From assembly GCA_965112155.1 (NCBI GenBank), contig OZ218098.1: 64,000 nucleotides of DNA; one strand, 5' to 3'. Source of the DNA: Podarcis liolepis (Eukaryota). The first letter of the stretch is position 1, and the number at the start of each line of letters is the position of its first letter. The notes under the pieces were generated by a model, which saw only the letters and a list, made by a program, of their open reading frames with translations, was not told where the DNA came from and did no database searches. A program made the translations under genes and the position numbers. Below are positions 13,326 through 26,577 of the stretch, in pieces.

Positions 13326-13630
13326 AGTTCACACATAATACTAAGCCAAACCACGGTTTAGCATGAAGAAACAGACATGCATGTTCCTGGAGAGAAGATC
13401 CCAGCCACTGTGCTTCTCCCCCTGTCCTGCTTTTGCTGCAGCACTACACAGTGGGGCTAAGACATGGTTTGACTTAGCCTTACATGCGAATCAGGTCACA
13501 AACTTTGACTGTAAGTGTATGACTTTTGTTCTAGCCTTTTGCTCCCGTAAAAAAAAAACAAAGTGGCACCTGCAAGCCTAATGTCTGCCCACCCCAGGTA
13601 TATGTGAAGCCCTTCAAACATGCTAACTAA

Positions 13631-13726
13631 GCAATCCTATCTATATCTACTCAGAATTAAATCTCATAGTGTTCAGTGGGGCTTATTTCCAGGTACGTAA
13701 GTGTATACAGTATTGGATTGCAGCCT
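13631..13726. mobile_element. Short palindromic MITE family (GCAATCCTA...GGATTGC); other copies near 20490, 22285, 33680, 41730 and 53075
   Basis: Recurrent ~90-bp imperfect hairpin with shared termini. Confidence 0.6.
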
Positions 13727-14124
13727 GAAGTGCAAAGTGTTACTACTACAAGTTGCAACTAATATATATTGTTGCGAACAACTTAGAGGTTTTGTTTTTG
13801 TTTTACAATAAAACAGTATATATATTTTTTGCTAAATAAACTACCGGTAATTAGAAACCTCTGGTATTAAAACCTACTATTCCCTTTCTGGTATCCATGG
13901 GGCATGGATCATGGAGCAAAAGTGACTTGCAGTGACTTTTCTAGTTAAATTCATTTGTGTTTGGGATGAAAAAGCTGGTTAAGGTGGGTTAAAAATTACT
14001 GCATTAATAGAGTATATAATTTGTGCAAGAGTCTTAACATGTGTAATGATGGCATCTTGGTTGGGATGCACCCGAGATAGAAATGAAGAAATTGACCTGG
14101 TGCAGCCAACATAGATAGCACAGG

Positions 14125-14245
14125 AGTAGCCTCTGTACATTGTTGGGCTGCAACTTCCATCAGCCCCAGCCAGCATGGCCAATGGAGAGAGATGATGGGA
14201 AATTTAGACCAACAACATCTGAAGGGCACCACCTTGTATACCCTT
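14125..14245. mobile_element. Short hAT-like MITE family; other copies at 16548-16674, 21933-22049, 27440-27488, 42776-42913 and 45422-45540
   Basis: Shared core CCAGATGTTG...CCCATCAGCCC...CATGGC...GATGGG...CAACATCTG across copies. Confidence 0.7.
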
Positions 14246-15743
14246 GGAGTAGTAGATGTGTACGCACACACATATAACCTTTGTTTCCACACGTTGCTGA
14301 ACAGAACAGCAAAATGCTCGTGCTAAAACATATGTTATATTCACACCCTCGGGACATTGCCAGGATCAATTCAAAGTGATATGCCCCTGGGATCTAGTCT
14401 AGCATTGTTGGAATTTAATCACAGAGGAGTCTTTCGAGGGAAAGGCCCTCAAGCTCAGCAGCCAATTTGTTGTTCAGAAACTGCAGTTAGAATCGCTGCC
14501 TTGTTTCCTGCTGGAGCTATTGAATAGCACTAAAACTAGAAGTTACTTCGCCTGTTGGATTTCTGGTTGTTAACACACAGGAGTCTTGACCAGGAAAAAG
14601 GATGGCATCTGTAGTTGGGGACTGCTCTCCTTTCCCTTCTTCTGCTTGCAAAGTGGCTTCCCTCCGTCATTTTTTCCATTTGGCCTTTCCCACTAAATTC
14701 TCAGCTCCAGCCTGTCTCCGATCCACCTTGGTCTCCCTATGGGCCAACATGGCCCCCTTCCACATTGCCCTTGCTGTGTCCCATGTTTCCAAGTGACTCA
14801 TCGTGTCATTGAAAAGGCCCTTGTAATCACAATTAGGTAGCTGGCTGTCGTTTCCCTCCCTTATCTCCAAGCATTGCTCTCTTGGGGGCTTACAGACAAT
14901 CCCCTGCTGATGGGCCCTCTGCAAAACTCCTTTATGTGCCGCCCGGGAGCTCTAGCTCTCCCCACTCCCAGGGCTGTGCCTTCCTTGGGTTTTGTTCCCA
15001 GTCCCTCTTTGATGTCTCCCTCGCAGCTGGACCCCATCCAAGAGCGAGACAAACAAGGCTTCTTGCCTGCCTATCGCACTTGGAAGGGAGAAGCACAGAG
15101 GAGCCTTTGGCTCGAATGGAGGGCGGCTGCCTGAATCGAAGGCCTGTTTGGGGAGGCGGGCATTTTCTTCCTTTCCCAGGCCCTAGAGGTGACCCTGTCC
15201 AGTTCCCACTGCTAAACTCTGCCTACCTCGGCCCCGTTATTTGCAGGTGACTCCCTCCCTCATTCGCCCTTCCCATGCCAGTGCAATTCTCCTAGGGTAC
15301 TAGGATCGCAAGATTAAAATGTCCCATCTTTTAGGAACGTTTTGATGCCTGGAATAAGGAACACCCACCCCACTGTATGGCATCTGGTGAAGATGTTACG
15401 GGTAGGGGGATAAAGAGTAGGCAACTGGACTTAGGTTTGGCACAATCATTGCCCACCTCCCCCCAGCTGACAGAGGCTGTATGCTTTTAATAGCGGTGGG
15501 ACAGGAAGACATTCAACAGGTGTAGCATTTCCCTGTCACTCCATCTAAAGGCTAGGGAAAGTTGCTTGTTGAATGTCTGCCTGTCCAGCAGCTGTCAAAG
15601 TCTCTGGAGGAAGAAAAGGGGGGGGGGAATGGCTATATTGCAAGTTGGGCACTTTTCAGCTAACTCTGCTATGATGAATTACAGTAGGATACAGCCATGA
15701 AAAACATCTGGTAAGAAGGGATCTGAATAGCTTGCACATATGA

Positions 15744-15778
<35 letters not shown>

Positions 15779-16089
15779 CTTATATTCAAGTATTGTTTAC
15801 TCAGAGCAGACCCACTGAAATGAATGAAGATAACTAAATTAGGTCTATTCATTTCAGTGGGTCTCCTCATGTCATCAGTAGCCTGACCTTGAGGTATTTG
15901 GGTGTGTTTTAAAATACAAGTCCCTGGCCCTGTGAACATCCCAGGTAGGGGCCACCTTGCCCTTTGTTTATTGAGCCTAGGCCCAAGCTGGGAGTGGATG
16001 CAGTGAGAGGATTAGATTAAGTCAGGCATTTTTGGCCCAAAGCATTTAGCCAAAGGATATGTGTGTTCCCCTTCCCCATAGAAGCAGTA

Positions 16090-16331
16090 CAGTGGTAGCT
16101 CGGGTTACAGATGCTTCAGGTTACAAACGCTTCAGGTTACAGACTCCACTAACCCAGAAATAGTACCTCAGGTTAAGAACTTTGCTTCAGGATGAGAAAA
16201 GAAATCATGCTCTGGCGGTGCAGAGGCAGCAGGAGGCCCCATTAGCTAAAGTGATACCTCACGTTAAGAACAGTTTCAGGTTAAGAACGGACCTCCAGAA
16301 TGAATTAAGTTCTAAACCTGAGGTACCACTG
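16090..16331. mobile_element. Tc1/pogo (Tigger-like) MITE, 242 bp
   Basis: TIRs and TA TSD; same family as 4270. Confidence 0.92.
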
Positions 16332-17949
16332 TACTTTGAAAAATCTTGTTGCATCATTCACAGCACAACCCTAGGCATGTCAGCTCAGAGATAAGTCTAT
16401 GGAGCTTACTCCCAGGGAACAGGATTGCAGCCTTAAATACCAATCCCTGCCTCCATGTATCCCTGCCGCTGCCACCACTGTGCCACCTGAAGCAGATCAT
16501 GCCATCTTACTACATAGCAGAGCTGGCCCTGATGTCATCAGGCCTTCAGGAGTGGGGTGGCTAAGATGTGGTTCACCTGATGTTGCTGGACTCTATCATC
16601 CCAGACTGTTGGCTGTGCAGGATGGGGCCGATGGGACTGGTAGTCCAACCATAAAGGGAGGTTCCCCACCCCTGCTTTAGATGTAAACTTCAAGTCTCCA
16701 AGGTGGGGTGTGTACTTGTAACCCCTAACTCCATGCTGAGAGTTCCAGCATACCTTGAAAGGAATGAAACATGGGCAGGGCTCTCTCAGCTGAGGCAGGA
16801 CACTGGTGGGTTCTCACTAAAATGGAGGTTTTAGCTGTGGAAAGCCTTGTCACTTTGTAGAAAAAGGCCTGCTGTTCCCTGTCATTAGCACCTTGGCTCC
16901 GATAAAGCCAATGCTTCTCCCTTCCCCAAACTGGGCTGTCTGGTAGGTCTCTAAGAGAGAGATAAAAGTCCACAAGATGCTTTTGGGAAAGCCTTTTCGG
17001 TCCTTCCTGCCAACATTCCCTGGCTTTATAATCCACATCAGAGTCAAGTTCTGACACCCCTCGAGGTGGTGTACATGTGTAGGTGTAGGCATTTTAGCTG
17101 AAAACACTTTCTACAACATGCTGCCCATTTACTGTTTAAAAAATGCAGCTGGGAAAAAATTAGCACGGTCAATAAACAGGGTTTCTTCTTGTCAGAAGGT
17201 CAGTGGAGTTAAGAAACATGCTACTGCCAGACTGGGTTATAGAGCAATGAGGAAACTCACCCTCTGTCCTGTCTCCTACGGTGGACAACAACCGACACCA
17301 GAGAATCAGTATGACTGGGCCATGAGCGATATCCAAGTACATTTTGTGCACACAGGTCATGTGGGATCATATGCACATCTCATAGTAACAAATAAGAGAA
17401 AGCACAGGTCTTGGTGGGCCTGCATGCCTGTCCTTGACCTCTGACCTCTTCAGTTGCAATCACCTTGTGGACCTCCAATCTCTCTGCCTTCCCTGGCTCT
17501 TTGGGCTGATATGCTCTGATGTAACAGTGGACCTGGACAGACAGAGTTGTCACAATCTCTGCCTGCCATTGACTTTAGCCACTTCCATGTCACAGAAGGG
17601 CTAGGGAAGCCCAGTGCTAAGAAACTGAGTGTCCTGAAGACTTGAGACACCTTAAATTCAACCATATAAGGATTGTCAAATTTTAAGCCACTTATATGTG
17701 GTCTTGGATGCAGCCTAAAGCTCTGGCTAGACCTAAAGTTCTGTAGCTTCAAAAAGCCAGTTATGAACTACCTTGGTGTCTTGTAATCAGGACCAGGTAG
17801 CAGCAAATGTGTTGGACCTTGGGGGCTGGGAAACTGCTCACCTGGACAGCCTGCACCTCCTGCCTCTTCTCTTTGGTAGAGAGATTTCATAAAGACGGTA
17901 TCCTGACCTACTGTAGATGGATTTTTTGTTTGTTACCACTAATAGCAAT

Positions 17950-17992
17950 GGGACGTGGGTGGTGCTGTGGGTTAAACCTCAGAGCCTAGGAT
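17950..17992 (+). mobile_element. Sauria SINE 5' head only
   Basis: GGGACGTGGGTGGTGCTGTGGGTTAAACCTCAGAGCCTAGG matches the head of the full copies. Confidence 0.85.
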
Positions 17993-18335
17993 TTCCCTTC
18001 ACCCCTCCGTGGTTTCCCCGAAGTTTCAAATATTGCTGCATATTATAGTTATTCTATTCCTTATCTCCACCACAGTTTTCTCAGGTACAATTTTACCGCT
18101 GTTCTTGTTCAAAGCCTACTTGTGTTTTAATATGTTTAAAATAGTTTTTAAAGTAATCTATGAACGTTTCCCAGTCTTCCTTAAAGTCTGTCTTATCCTT
18201 ATCTATCAATAGTCTATCAATTTCAGCCACTAGTAGGTGCCCCCACATCTCACCATTTTTGTGCATATAGTATTCTTGCCTTAGTTGTTGCATATAAAAA
18301 TTAATTCATCTGGTTTTTTGGGTTCTTTTGATAGT
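17993..18335 (-). mobile_element. Degenerate L1 3' fragment (third L1 lineage)
   Basis: Translated remnants YATTKARILYAQKW and AEIDRL...KEDWETFIDY align with the ORF2 C-terminus YATTAARILLAKYW...EEDWKKFKKY. Confidence 0.75.
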
Positions 18336-18428
18336 CTTGGTTATCAGCTTCCTCATCCTCCTTAGTCTTGGTGTATAAATCCAGCAGGGAGGAGGCTGGG
18401 GGACAGTGCTAGACTTAGGTGGAATCTA

Positions 18429-18781
18429 GGTAAAGGTAAAGAGACCCCTGACCATTAGGTCCAGTCGTGGCTGACTCTGGGGTTGTGGTGCTCATCTTGC
18501 TTTATTGGCCAAGGGAGCCGGTGTACAGCTTCCGGGTCATGTGGTCAGCATGACTAAGCCGCTTCTGGCGAACCATAGCAGCGCACGGAAACGCCGTTTA
18601 CCTTCCTGCCAGAGTGGTACCTATTTATCTACTTGCACTTTGAGGTGCTTTCGAACTGCTAGGTTGGCAGGAGCAGGGACCAAGCAACGGGAGCTCACCC
18701 TGTCGTGGGGATTCGAACCGCGACCTTCTGATCGGCAAGTCCTAGGCTCTGTGGTTTAACCCACAGTGCCACCCGCGTCCC
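18429..18781 (-). mobile_element. Sauria SINE, full length
   Basis: Exact 13-bp TSD TAGGTGGAATCTA (18416-18428 and 18782-18794); B box; ACCTTT tail. Confidence 0.95.
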
Positions 18782-18783
18782 TA

Positions 18784-19014
18784 GGTGGAATCTACACACA
18801 TATAAAAAACGCTGTGAAAATGCTTTTTTAAAAAACGTTTTGAAAAACACATTGAATTTGGCTTAGCTCACTGTTGCCATCTAGTGTCACATTTGTATAT
18901 TGCACTTTACAACACATTTAAAATGTTTTATTTGCAGCTGTATAAAGTAAAGCTAAAGGGACCCCTGGCCATTAGGTCCAGTTGTGGCCAACTCTGGGGT
19001 TGTGAGCTGAGTCC
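18784..19014. mobile_element. Palindromic MITE-like element containing a Sauria SINE 3' fragment (18944-19003)
   Basis: Termini GGTGGAATCTACAC...GCTGAGTCC with internal A/T palindromes; SINE tail fragment inserted near the right end. Confidence 0.5.
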
Positions 19015-19208
19015 TGTGTTGGCTCTGCCTATCATTGGCTTTGGCTCCACCTGTCACTGACTCTGGCGCCACCTACTGTTGGCCTCCCTGCCTCCTGCCC
19101 CACCAGACCCAATGGTCATGAGTTGCCAGTGTGAACATTAAAAAAGAAAAAGGTTCAGCAAAGGACCTGGCAAAAGAGATGGGGTTGCTTCTTTGACAGA
19201 ACTTTTGT

Positions 19209-19500
19209 ACACTGAGGTCCAGCACTGAGGGCCTTCTGGCAGTTCCCTCAATGCGAGAAGCGAAGTTACAGGAAACCAGGCAGAGGGCCTTGTCGGTAGT
19301 GGCACACACCCTGTAGAATGCCCTCCCACCAGATGTCAAAGGAAAAAGCAACTACAGTACCAGACTTTTAGAAGACATCTGAAGGCAGCCCTGTTTAGGG
19401 AAGTTTTTAATATCTGAAGGACTATTGTATTTTAATATTTTGTTGGAAGCCGCCCAGAGTGGCTGGGGAAACCCAGCCAGATGGGCAGGGTATAAATAAT
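19209..19500 (+). mobile_element. L2-family 3' fragment
   Basis: Ends GGGCAGGGTATAAATAAT at the gap; inverted sister copy at 61336-61605. Confidence 0.7.
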
Positions 19501-19628
19501 NNNNNNNNNNNNNNNNNNNNNNNNNNNNNNNNNNNNNNNNNNNNNNNNNNNNNNNNNNNNNNNNNNNNNNNNNNNNNNNNNNNNNNNNNNNNNNNNNNNN
19601 NNNNNNNNNNNNNNNNNNNNNNNNNNNN
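19501..19628. other. Assembly gap
   Basis: Run of N. Confidence 1.
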
Positions 19629-19752
19629 TATAAGTTCTTATTCCCCCCCTTATTTCACTGAAATGAAAGAACTTGACTCAGAGGTGGAGGGTTGAGATAG
19701 AGAGAGAGAAAGAGCCTACCTATGAGCATGCACAGTTAGGGAGGGCTACTGT

Positions 19753-19765
19753 TGCCCTCTAGTGG
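19753..19765 (-). promoter_or_regulatory. CTCF core motif
   Basis: CCACTAGAGGGCA on the - strand matches the CTCF consensus. Motif only, no binding data. Confidence 0.45.
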
Positions 19766-22700
19766 TTGCTTAGATAGCAGAGAAGTTTGAGATGAGCGTG
19801 TGCCCTTGCATCAATTCAAAACGCATCTTTAGTTACCTGCAAGGTGTGATGTACTCATTCCAAGAGCCAAGGCCAATCTGGTTGAGGGATGGGTATAGGA
19901 TACAAAGGAGCATAAGGCCCCTGTAACCTTAAGAGCTGAACAGAAGATGGGGTTGCTTTTCTCATCCCTACACGGCATGATGTTCCTGCTCAAATCCCTT
20001 CTTGTACCTGAATATTAGAGGAACAATCAAGAGTCCTTTGCATCTGGTCACCAGGCACAGCCCATCCTTGAATCTGTCCAGATGTGTATAACTCCCCAGG
20101 TAAAGAGTGAATGGCCTGAAAAAACAACAACATTAAAATTTTAATTTAATTAAAAAACAAAACATAAAACAGGACCACACATATTGAGGAGTTGTGCTGC
20201 TGATCATCAGTCACATCACACATTAAAAGTCTCACGGTGCTCACAATAGTCACATGACCACATTCCACTCAGGAAGGAAGTCTTCTGCCTTCTTAGGTAG
20301 AAAATAATGCACTTCTAAAAGACTAGAAAATGCAGAGTCCCTGTAAAAGATGCATGCAGGCGTGAGAGAAATAATTACTTTTTGTACAATAAAAGTGATT
20401 GTGCAAGAAGGCCCTTAATGTAAAAAGAGTTTTTTAATAAAATAAAAAGGACATGGTGACTCTGGCGCCAGTCATTCACACAGCTGCCTGTGAATAAGAC
20501 CTACTGGGAATGAATGGGACTTGCACACAGCTAATAATGTACAGGATTGCTATCCTGGAACTATACTCTGTACAATATAGACTGACCACTCATGGGGTGG
20601 GAGGAGAAGAAATTTGTCATAAGTAAAAAGGACAAAAGAAGGTAGATGTTTGCAGATGTGCTACCACTGATCTACAACCCTTCCCTAAAGGAGGTCACAT
20701 GACCACCTAGTACTATACTTTGTGAGGAGATGCTCTCTTGCTGCAAGAGTATACAGTAGTGAAAGCCCTGCTCAGGGGAGCTACTGCCCTGGCTGGTCAT
20801 CCACCAGTGATGTAGCTTCTGTCCTCAACCCTCCACTGCAAAACGAAGAGGCCTCTTAGTCCAGAATCAACTAATGCATGTGGTGATGCTGGCTTTATGA
20901 ATTCAGGACTGAGAATTCTCGGCATTCTTTGAATACTCCTGTTATCCCTCTCCTTTCCTAGCTGCAGAGCTCAGTTTCTTTGCTTGTGTGTCTTATGGTG
21001 ACATTGGATTTTCCCCAGCCTGAAATTCAATTTCGAGGACGCTGGGTTTTTGTTGTTGTTGTTGTTATTACAGGAATCAGCCTCCAGTGACCAAATCAGA
21101 CCCTGGTATCTGTTTTGCCATCCTTTGACTAAATTTGAAATCTGCGTTGTCTAGCTCTCTCGCTCTCTCCTCCCGCCCCCCACCGGATCCCTGCACCACT
21201 GCCACTTCCCCAGGCCTCCCTTATGATTAAGCCTTTGCTCTCTTAGACCATTGTGCGAGTTAATTACTTAAATAACAAAATTGCTGGGCTCCCAGTCAAA
21301 AAAAAAAAAGACTTTGGAATCATTGCCAACAGCTTGTCTGAAGCCTCATCTGCAAAACGGTTTCTGCTGTGTCAGGACTGGGATCCCAAATGACAGTGAT
21401 GATATTGTAAAGTGAATGATTGGGACACGCTGCTCTCTTAGGCATCCATGTTATCCAACTACCCCTAGGAAGATACAGTAGAAAATCAGGAATTTTTTTT
21501 GGGGGGGGGGGAGGAGCAATGGAAATGGGGCAAAAAACACACAAAAACCCCTGCAATGCTCTACCTGTATGGATAGAATGTGTAGCAGCCAGTCCCAGCT
21601 TTCTCGGTAATATTCTTCTATGATGCAGGAAATTGTGTGGTGCATGTTTCTGCAAAGACCTATTTGTCTCATTCATATTTCTACATTTTTGGAAGTATAT
21701 GATTTTAAAAGCACATCAAAAGCACACTGGCCCAGTTTGGCTCCTCCGTTCATGAGTCTCAGGCTTGCAAGGTCTGCTTCCCCCCACTTTCTTCAGTTTA
21801 AAAGTGGAAGTGTCTAAAGTTTCCGGTTACATCTGAACTTGGGGAAACTCTGGTTAGGTTAAACTCTGGTTATCAAATATGTTAGGTTCATAAACTAAGG
21901 ACTGATACAGACTTGTTTGAAGATAGTTTAAACCAGGGATTGGGATCCCGTGATCCTCCAGATGTTGTTGAGACTTCAACTCCCATCAAGCTAAAGCCAG
22001 CATAGCTAATGGTCAAAGATGATGGAAGAGCACAGGTCCCCCACCCTTAGTTTAAATTAACCATAGTTTCTCTGAGTTCAGATGTCACAGGGAATTATGT
22101 TTAGTTTAAAAGCATAATCTTGCAGTTTCCTCCTTGTGCCCATGCCAGAGAAGGAGGCAGAGGGTGTGGTGTGCAAGCTTGAGGACTGTGTAGGGTGGGG
22201 CACATAATGCTAAACCATAGTTTAGCATTTACATCCAAAAAGGCCCAGTGTGTAAGTTGTCCTTACTTATGGAAGACTTTGGCTACAATCCTGTACACTT
22301 TTACCTGGAAGTACCATTAAACTCAAAGGGACTGAATTCTGATTAGACAACAACATCTTAACACAAATAAAAGAATAAAAGAACAGAAATGTTTGAAGCA
22401 TAAAACCATTGCCATCAGAGTTTAAAAGGCCTGGAGAGGGAGAAATATTTGCCTGGTGCTGAAAAGAAATCTGTAGTTGCAGCAACAAGGACAACCTTCT
22501 CTCTCAGTCACCACCTCTAATGGCAGGGGCACTTGGGGGTGGTCCTCCAAGAATTCCCTCAGGGTAGACAAATGTGTGCACATGTGTGGATTTGTGTGAG
22601 TGCCACTGGATATCAGGCAATGCATTTTTTTCAGAGACTAAGCTAGAAACATAAAACACTCTCTTCTACCAAATCAGATTATTTGTCTTTCTAGCTTAGT

Positions 22701-23470
22701 ATTGTCAACCATGGTTAGCAGTAGCTCCCCTTAGGGCAGCGAGGAGGAACCACTGATTTGCAAACCGGATATGGTCTGTGAAAATGGTCCATGCATGGCA
22801 ACTTGGCTCATGAACATGGAAGGCTGTCTTCAAGCTGCATGGCTACTTCTAATTTGGCCCTGCCTCTCTTTGCCAGGGTCAGGGTCAGCACCTGGCATCC
22901 TTTAGTAGCTGCCAGGGCCACAAAAGGGACCCACCACTGGTGCCTGCTCTGAGACCTCTTATTAAAAACCCTAAACACCCAACCAGGCTCACCACGTAGG
23001 CCCAGCCAGGTGTATACAGGCACAACTTAAATTCCCCAGACTGTCTCTGTCATAGTGTAGTGTAGCTCCAGGACACTGCGAGAAATTAAAATGGCGTTTG
23101 GGCCAAGCTGCTTGGCAATGTTACAGAGGCAGCTGACTGATTCTGGTAAGCCTGCCACAGCCTACCAACAGAGGGCTTGCCAAAGGGCACATTGCCCAGG
23201 GCCCTCTAAAATCTGGCTCTGGCCAGAGCACAGCGAGGTGGCTGCCTCAAGCAGTTGAGTCTGGGGTCTTGTGAAAGGGCAGCAAATTGATAGCAATTTA
23301 ATTTCACTGTTGTATTTGCTGAGGCACTTGTGGGATTTATGGTCACCTGTGTCAGAAGAATGCAGCCAACCTTAATGGCCTTGAGTAGGGGAGAGGGGTG
23401 CCATTAGCTGTTCCTCCTCAGACAGCAGAACATATTGGACTGGTCCTGCAGCTGGCCTTGCTTCTCTTAC

Positions 23471-23617
23471 CAGTGGAGGCTGCTTCGATCTCAATGACCC
23501 ATCAGTCTCAATCTCAGCCAGACCCCCCCCCCGTCTGCTTTCTTCCTCACAGCCAGTCCAGTAAGCAGTCCTGCCTGTCAGCTTCCTCACCCTTAGTCTC
23601 CGTGCTGCCCTTATATA
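23471..23617 (-). promoter_or_regulatory. Candidate TATA promoter and non-coding first exon
   Basis: TATATAAGGG at 23617-23608 followed about 140 nt downstream by a CTG|GTAAGA donor at 23470. Confidence 0.3.
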
Positions 23618-26095
23618 ACTCAGTAGAGAAGACAGAGGAGACAAAACTAGAATCAGTTTGCTCTGCCTGTCATTGGCTCTGTTGCCCCCTACTGTCAGGC
23701 TCCCTGTCTTCCACCCTACCAGTCCCAATGGGCACTGGGCACTGCAGACTTGCTTCCTTCTCTCCTCATCAGAAACAGGACACATCTTTAAATAAGATGG
23801 TTTAATGGCCTGGCAGCTGTGTTAAGCCCCCTTATTGGTGGGTGCAGGGGAGATCTCGGCCTATGGTTGCCCTCATGCGTATGCACAGGGCATGGGGGAA
23901 AGCTTAAAGGAGCTGCTCCCCTCCTCCCTGTTCCCAGTTGAAGGCAGAGGACGGCTGTGCGTCCTTGGTCAGAGCGCAAAATTAAATTAGTTGGGCCTGT
24001 GCTCTCTGGAGACAATAAAGCAAATGGGCCAGTGCTGGAAGAAGAGGGGGAGGGGTTCTTGAACAAGGGCTGTGTGAGGCCTTGCTGGCAATTCCCTGAT
24101 TAAAGTGCCTGGCAGAGTAATTAGCCAAGTGTTCCTGAGGCGAGGCCAGGCCTAGGCCACAACTCTGTCAAGAGCAATGTCAGCTTCTGCGTTCCTAGTT
24201 CCAATGCACCAGGCTGCAGCAGATGGGAGAGGAACAGGACCTCCTCCTAACCCGCTTGGTTTAATAGTTCTGGAAAGGCATTGGCGCAATAAATAGTCAG
24301 GGAGAACTGGCACTTCTCTGAAGGAAATAAGAGGCAAGCTTGTCACCTGTGTATGTTGTTGCATTGAAATGAATGCAGAAAGTGAAGTTGTCCATTGCCT
24401 GGCATTGAGGTCAAGCTGGACTGCCATCTGGCATGTTTCAAACCAGGTTGTCTATAGTTTATCTTCCTCCCTCCCTCTTGTTTGGTTCCCAGGCAGATTT
24501 TATTCACCATTCATTCACTCTGCGAGGGGTTTGGCAACTTAACATCTGTGAGGAGAGTGATGGTGATGAGGTCTTTGGTAGCAGGGTCATTCAGAAGATG
24601 CAGGGATGGGCTAGCATCCGGATTCGTGGCAGTCTCAACATAATCTGGGCCCTCTGGACACCATTGGCCATCATAAGGATACCCTGCTCTGAGTGACAAG
24701 AGGCATTTGAGAGCATTGTGGCTCCACTTCAGCTTCTTAGGCTGCTGCATCTTGGGAGTTCACCACAATGCTAAGCTGAAGTGTTCTAGGCAGCAGCCAA
24801 TGACCAGTTTCTTTACTGGAAACATCTTGAATGTTTCTAGTTGGTGCCACTAGAGCTTTGACTTGAGCAGCTGTTCAAGATACATCACTCGGAAGAGGAG
24901 CAAATGCTGAATCCAACATGAAGCATAGCCTAGGACTCAGGCATTGTGGTAGTTGCAAGGCGTATTGTGCAATTGGACTTCAGGTGGCTGTGGAATAGCA
25001 AATAACACATTGCCCCAAAGGAGGAAATGAATCACATAAAAAGAAACAGAAAGAAGACAAAAGAGGACATAGTTCTGCATAAATCTGCAGGTGCTAATTT
25101 ATACATATAGATGCCATTTTGCAAATCATTTATATAATTTGAATTGAAATGCAATGCATCTCACCACAGCAGGGAAGACTATGACCAGGTGATCTAGCAG
25201 ATGGTAGTGAGAAGAAACTAATACAGACAGGAATACCTGATTATATCCTGACCTGGCCTCAGTTATCTATGCTCTAATAACCTCTGGGTTAGACTACTGC
25301 AATGCATTATATACAGAGCTGCATTTGAAGATTGTTCAGAAACCAGTGTTAGTTCAGAACATGGTTGCAAGAATCAGAGCGACTTGTTATGCCAATGCTG
25401 CACCACCTACACTTATCCATTGTGCTCTGTAGTATGTAGGGTAGGGAAAATGCACATAGTAATGAGGCAGGATGTGGGTATAGCTTTACTATATGTTAAA
25501 GAGGGAAGGGAGGAACTGGATACTGAGTTGCTATTTTGGGGAACAGGCCTATGCTGCTTCCTATAAGATGCCATTCCACCCGGATAAAAAACCTGAGTAG
25601 GTCAGTGCCTGCTGCTGCAGGCAGAGGTCATGGGTGTCTGTAGACAGAAGCTTAGTATTCTGCACACTTTGGCTTGGAGGGAAAGATCCAGGTCAGACCC
25701 AGTAGCAGTGCAGCGCCAAAGCTCCTCTCTGTGCCAGTAGGTGGCCTGCGGGTTTTTGTGCTGTGCTTGCATTCCCTGGCAATGTAATCAGTAGAGCTGA
25801 TCGCAACAGCTCAGCTTAACACCTAGCACTGAATTGCTTAAGGGATGCGAGCAGTGTGTGAGTTTTATACGGGCCATACAAATGAATTAGCTAAACGTGG
25901 ACCCCTGTCTCTGTTCATCTGCAAGAAATAGGCTATTGACAAGAGAGAATGAGACTTGAGGCTGGCCTAGCCCAGGAGCTCCTTTATGAGAGCTGCCCTA
26001 TCCTTTGTTGTTATGCTGTGCTGAATACATCTGGTGGAACACAGTGGCTAAGAGGCTGAACAGTGAACTAGTAAATTATTAAGGCTATCAGTGGA

Positions 26096-26305
26096 TTATT
26101 AAGGCTATCAATAGTTACTAGCCATGATGGTCATGTCAGAAGCAGTATGCATCTGAATACTAGTTGCTGGGGAGCACAAGTGGGGAGACTGCTGTTGTGC
26201 TTCAGTCTTGGTTGCAGGCTTCCCATAGGCGTCTAGTTGGCCACTGTGAGGAGAGGACAGTAGACTAGATGTAAATCCCCTAGTCTGCTCCTCATCTCTA
26301 TGTTG
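26096..26305 (+). mobile_element. CR1 LINE 3' fragment
   Basis: Collinear with the CR1 3' end at 49672-49937. Confidence 0.65.
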
Positions 26306-26577
26306 AACCTGCCCAAAGCGGCCAATATTCCTTCAGCCCACTCACCCAGCAGCCTCAAGGTGGGAGATGGCAATAATATTGCTGACCTATCTTGCAAAGC
26401 TGTTGTAAGGCAATGACTGAGATAATGCACACAAAATAGATTGAACTCTCTAAAGTGCTATACAAATGCTAAGCATCTGAAAGTGCAAAATGCAATGGGC
26501 AGTTGCAAGCCTACCTTTAAGCAGGAGCGGGAGGGGTAACCTGCTGCCCTTAGCCTAACTGCATTCTGATTGGCCAG

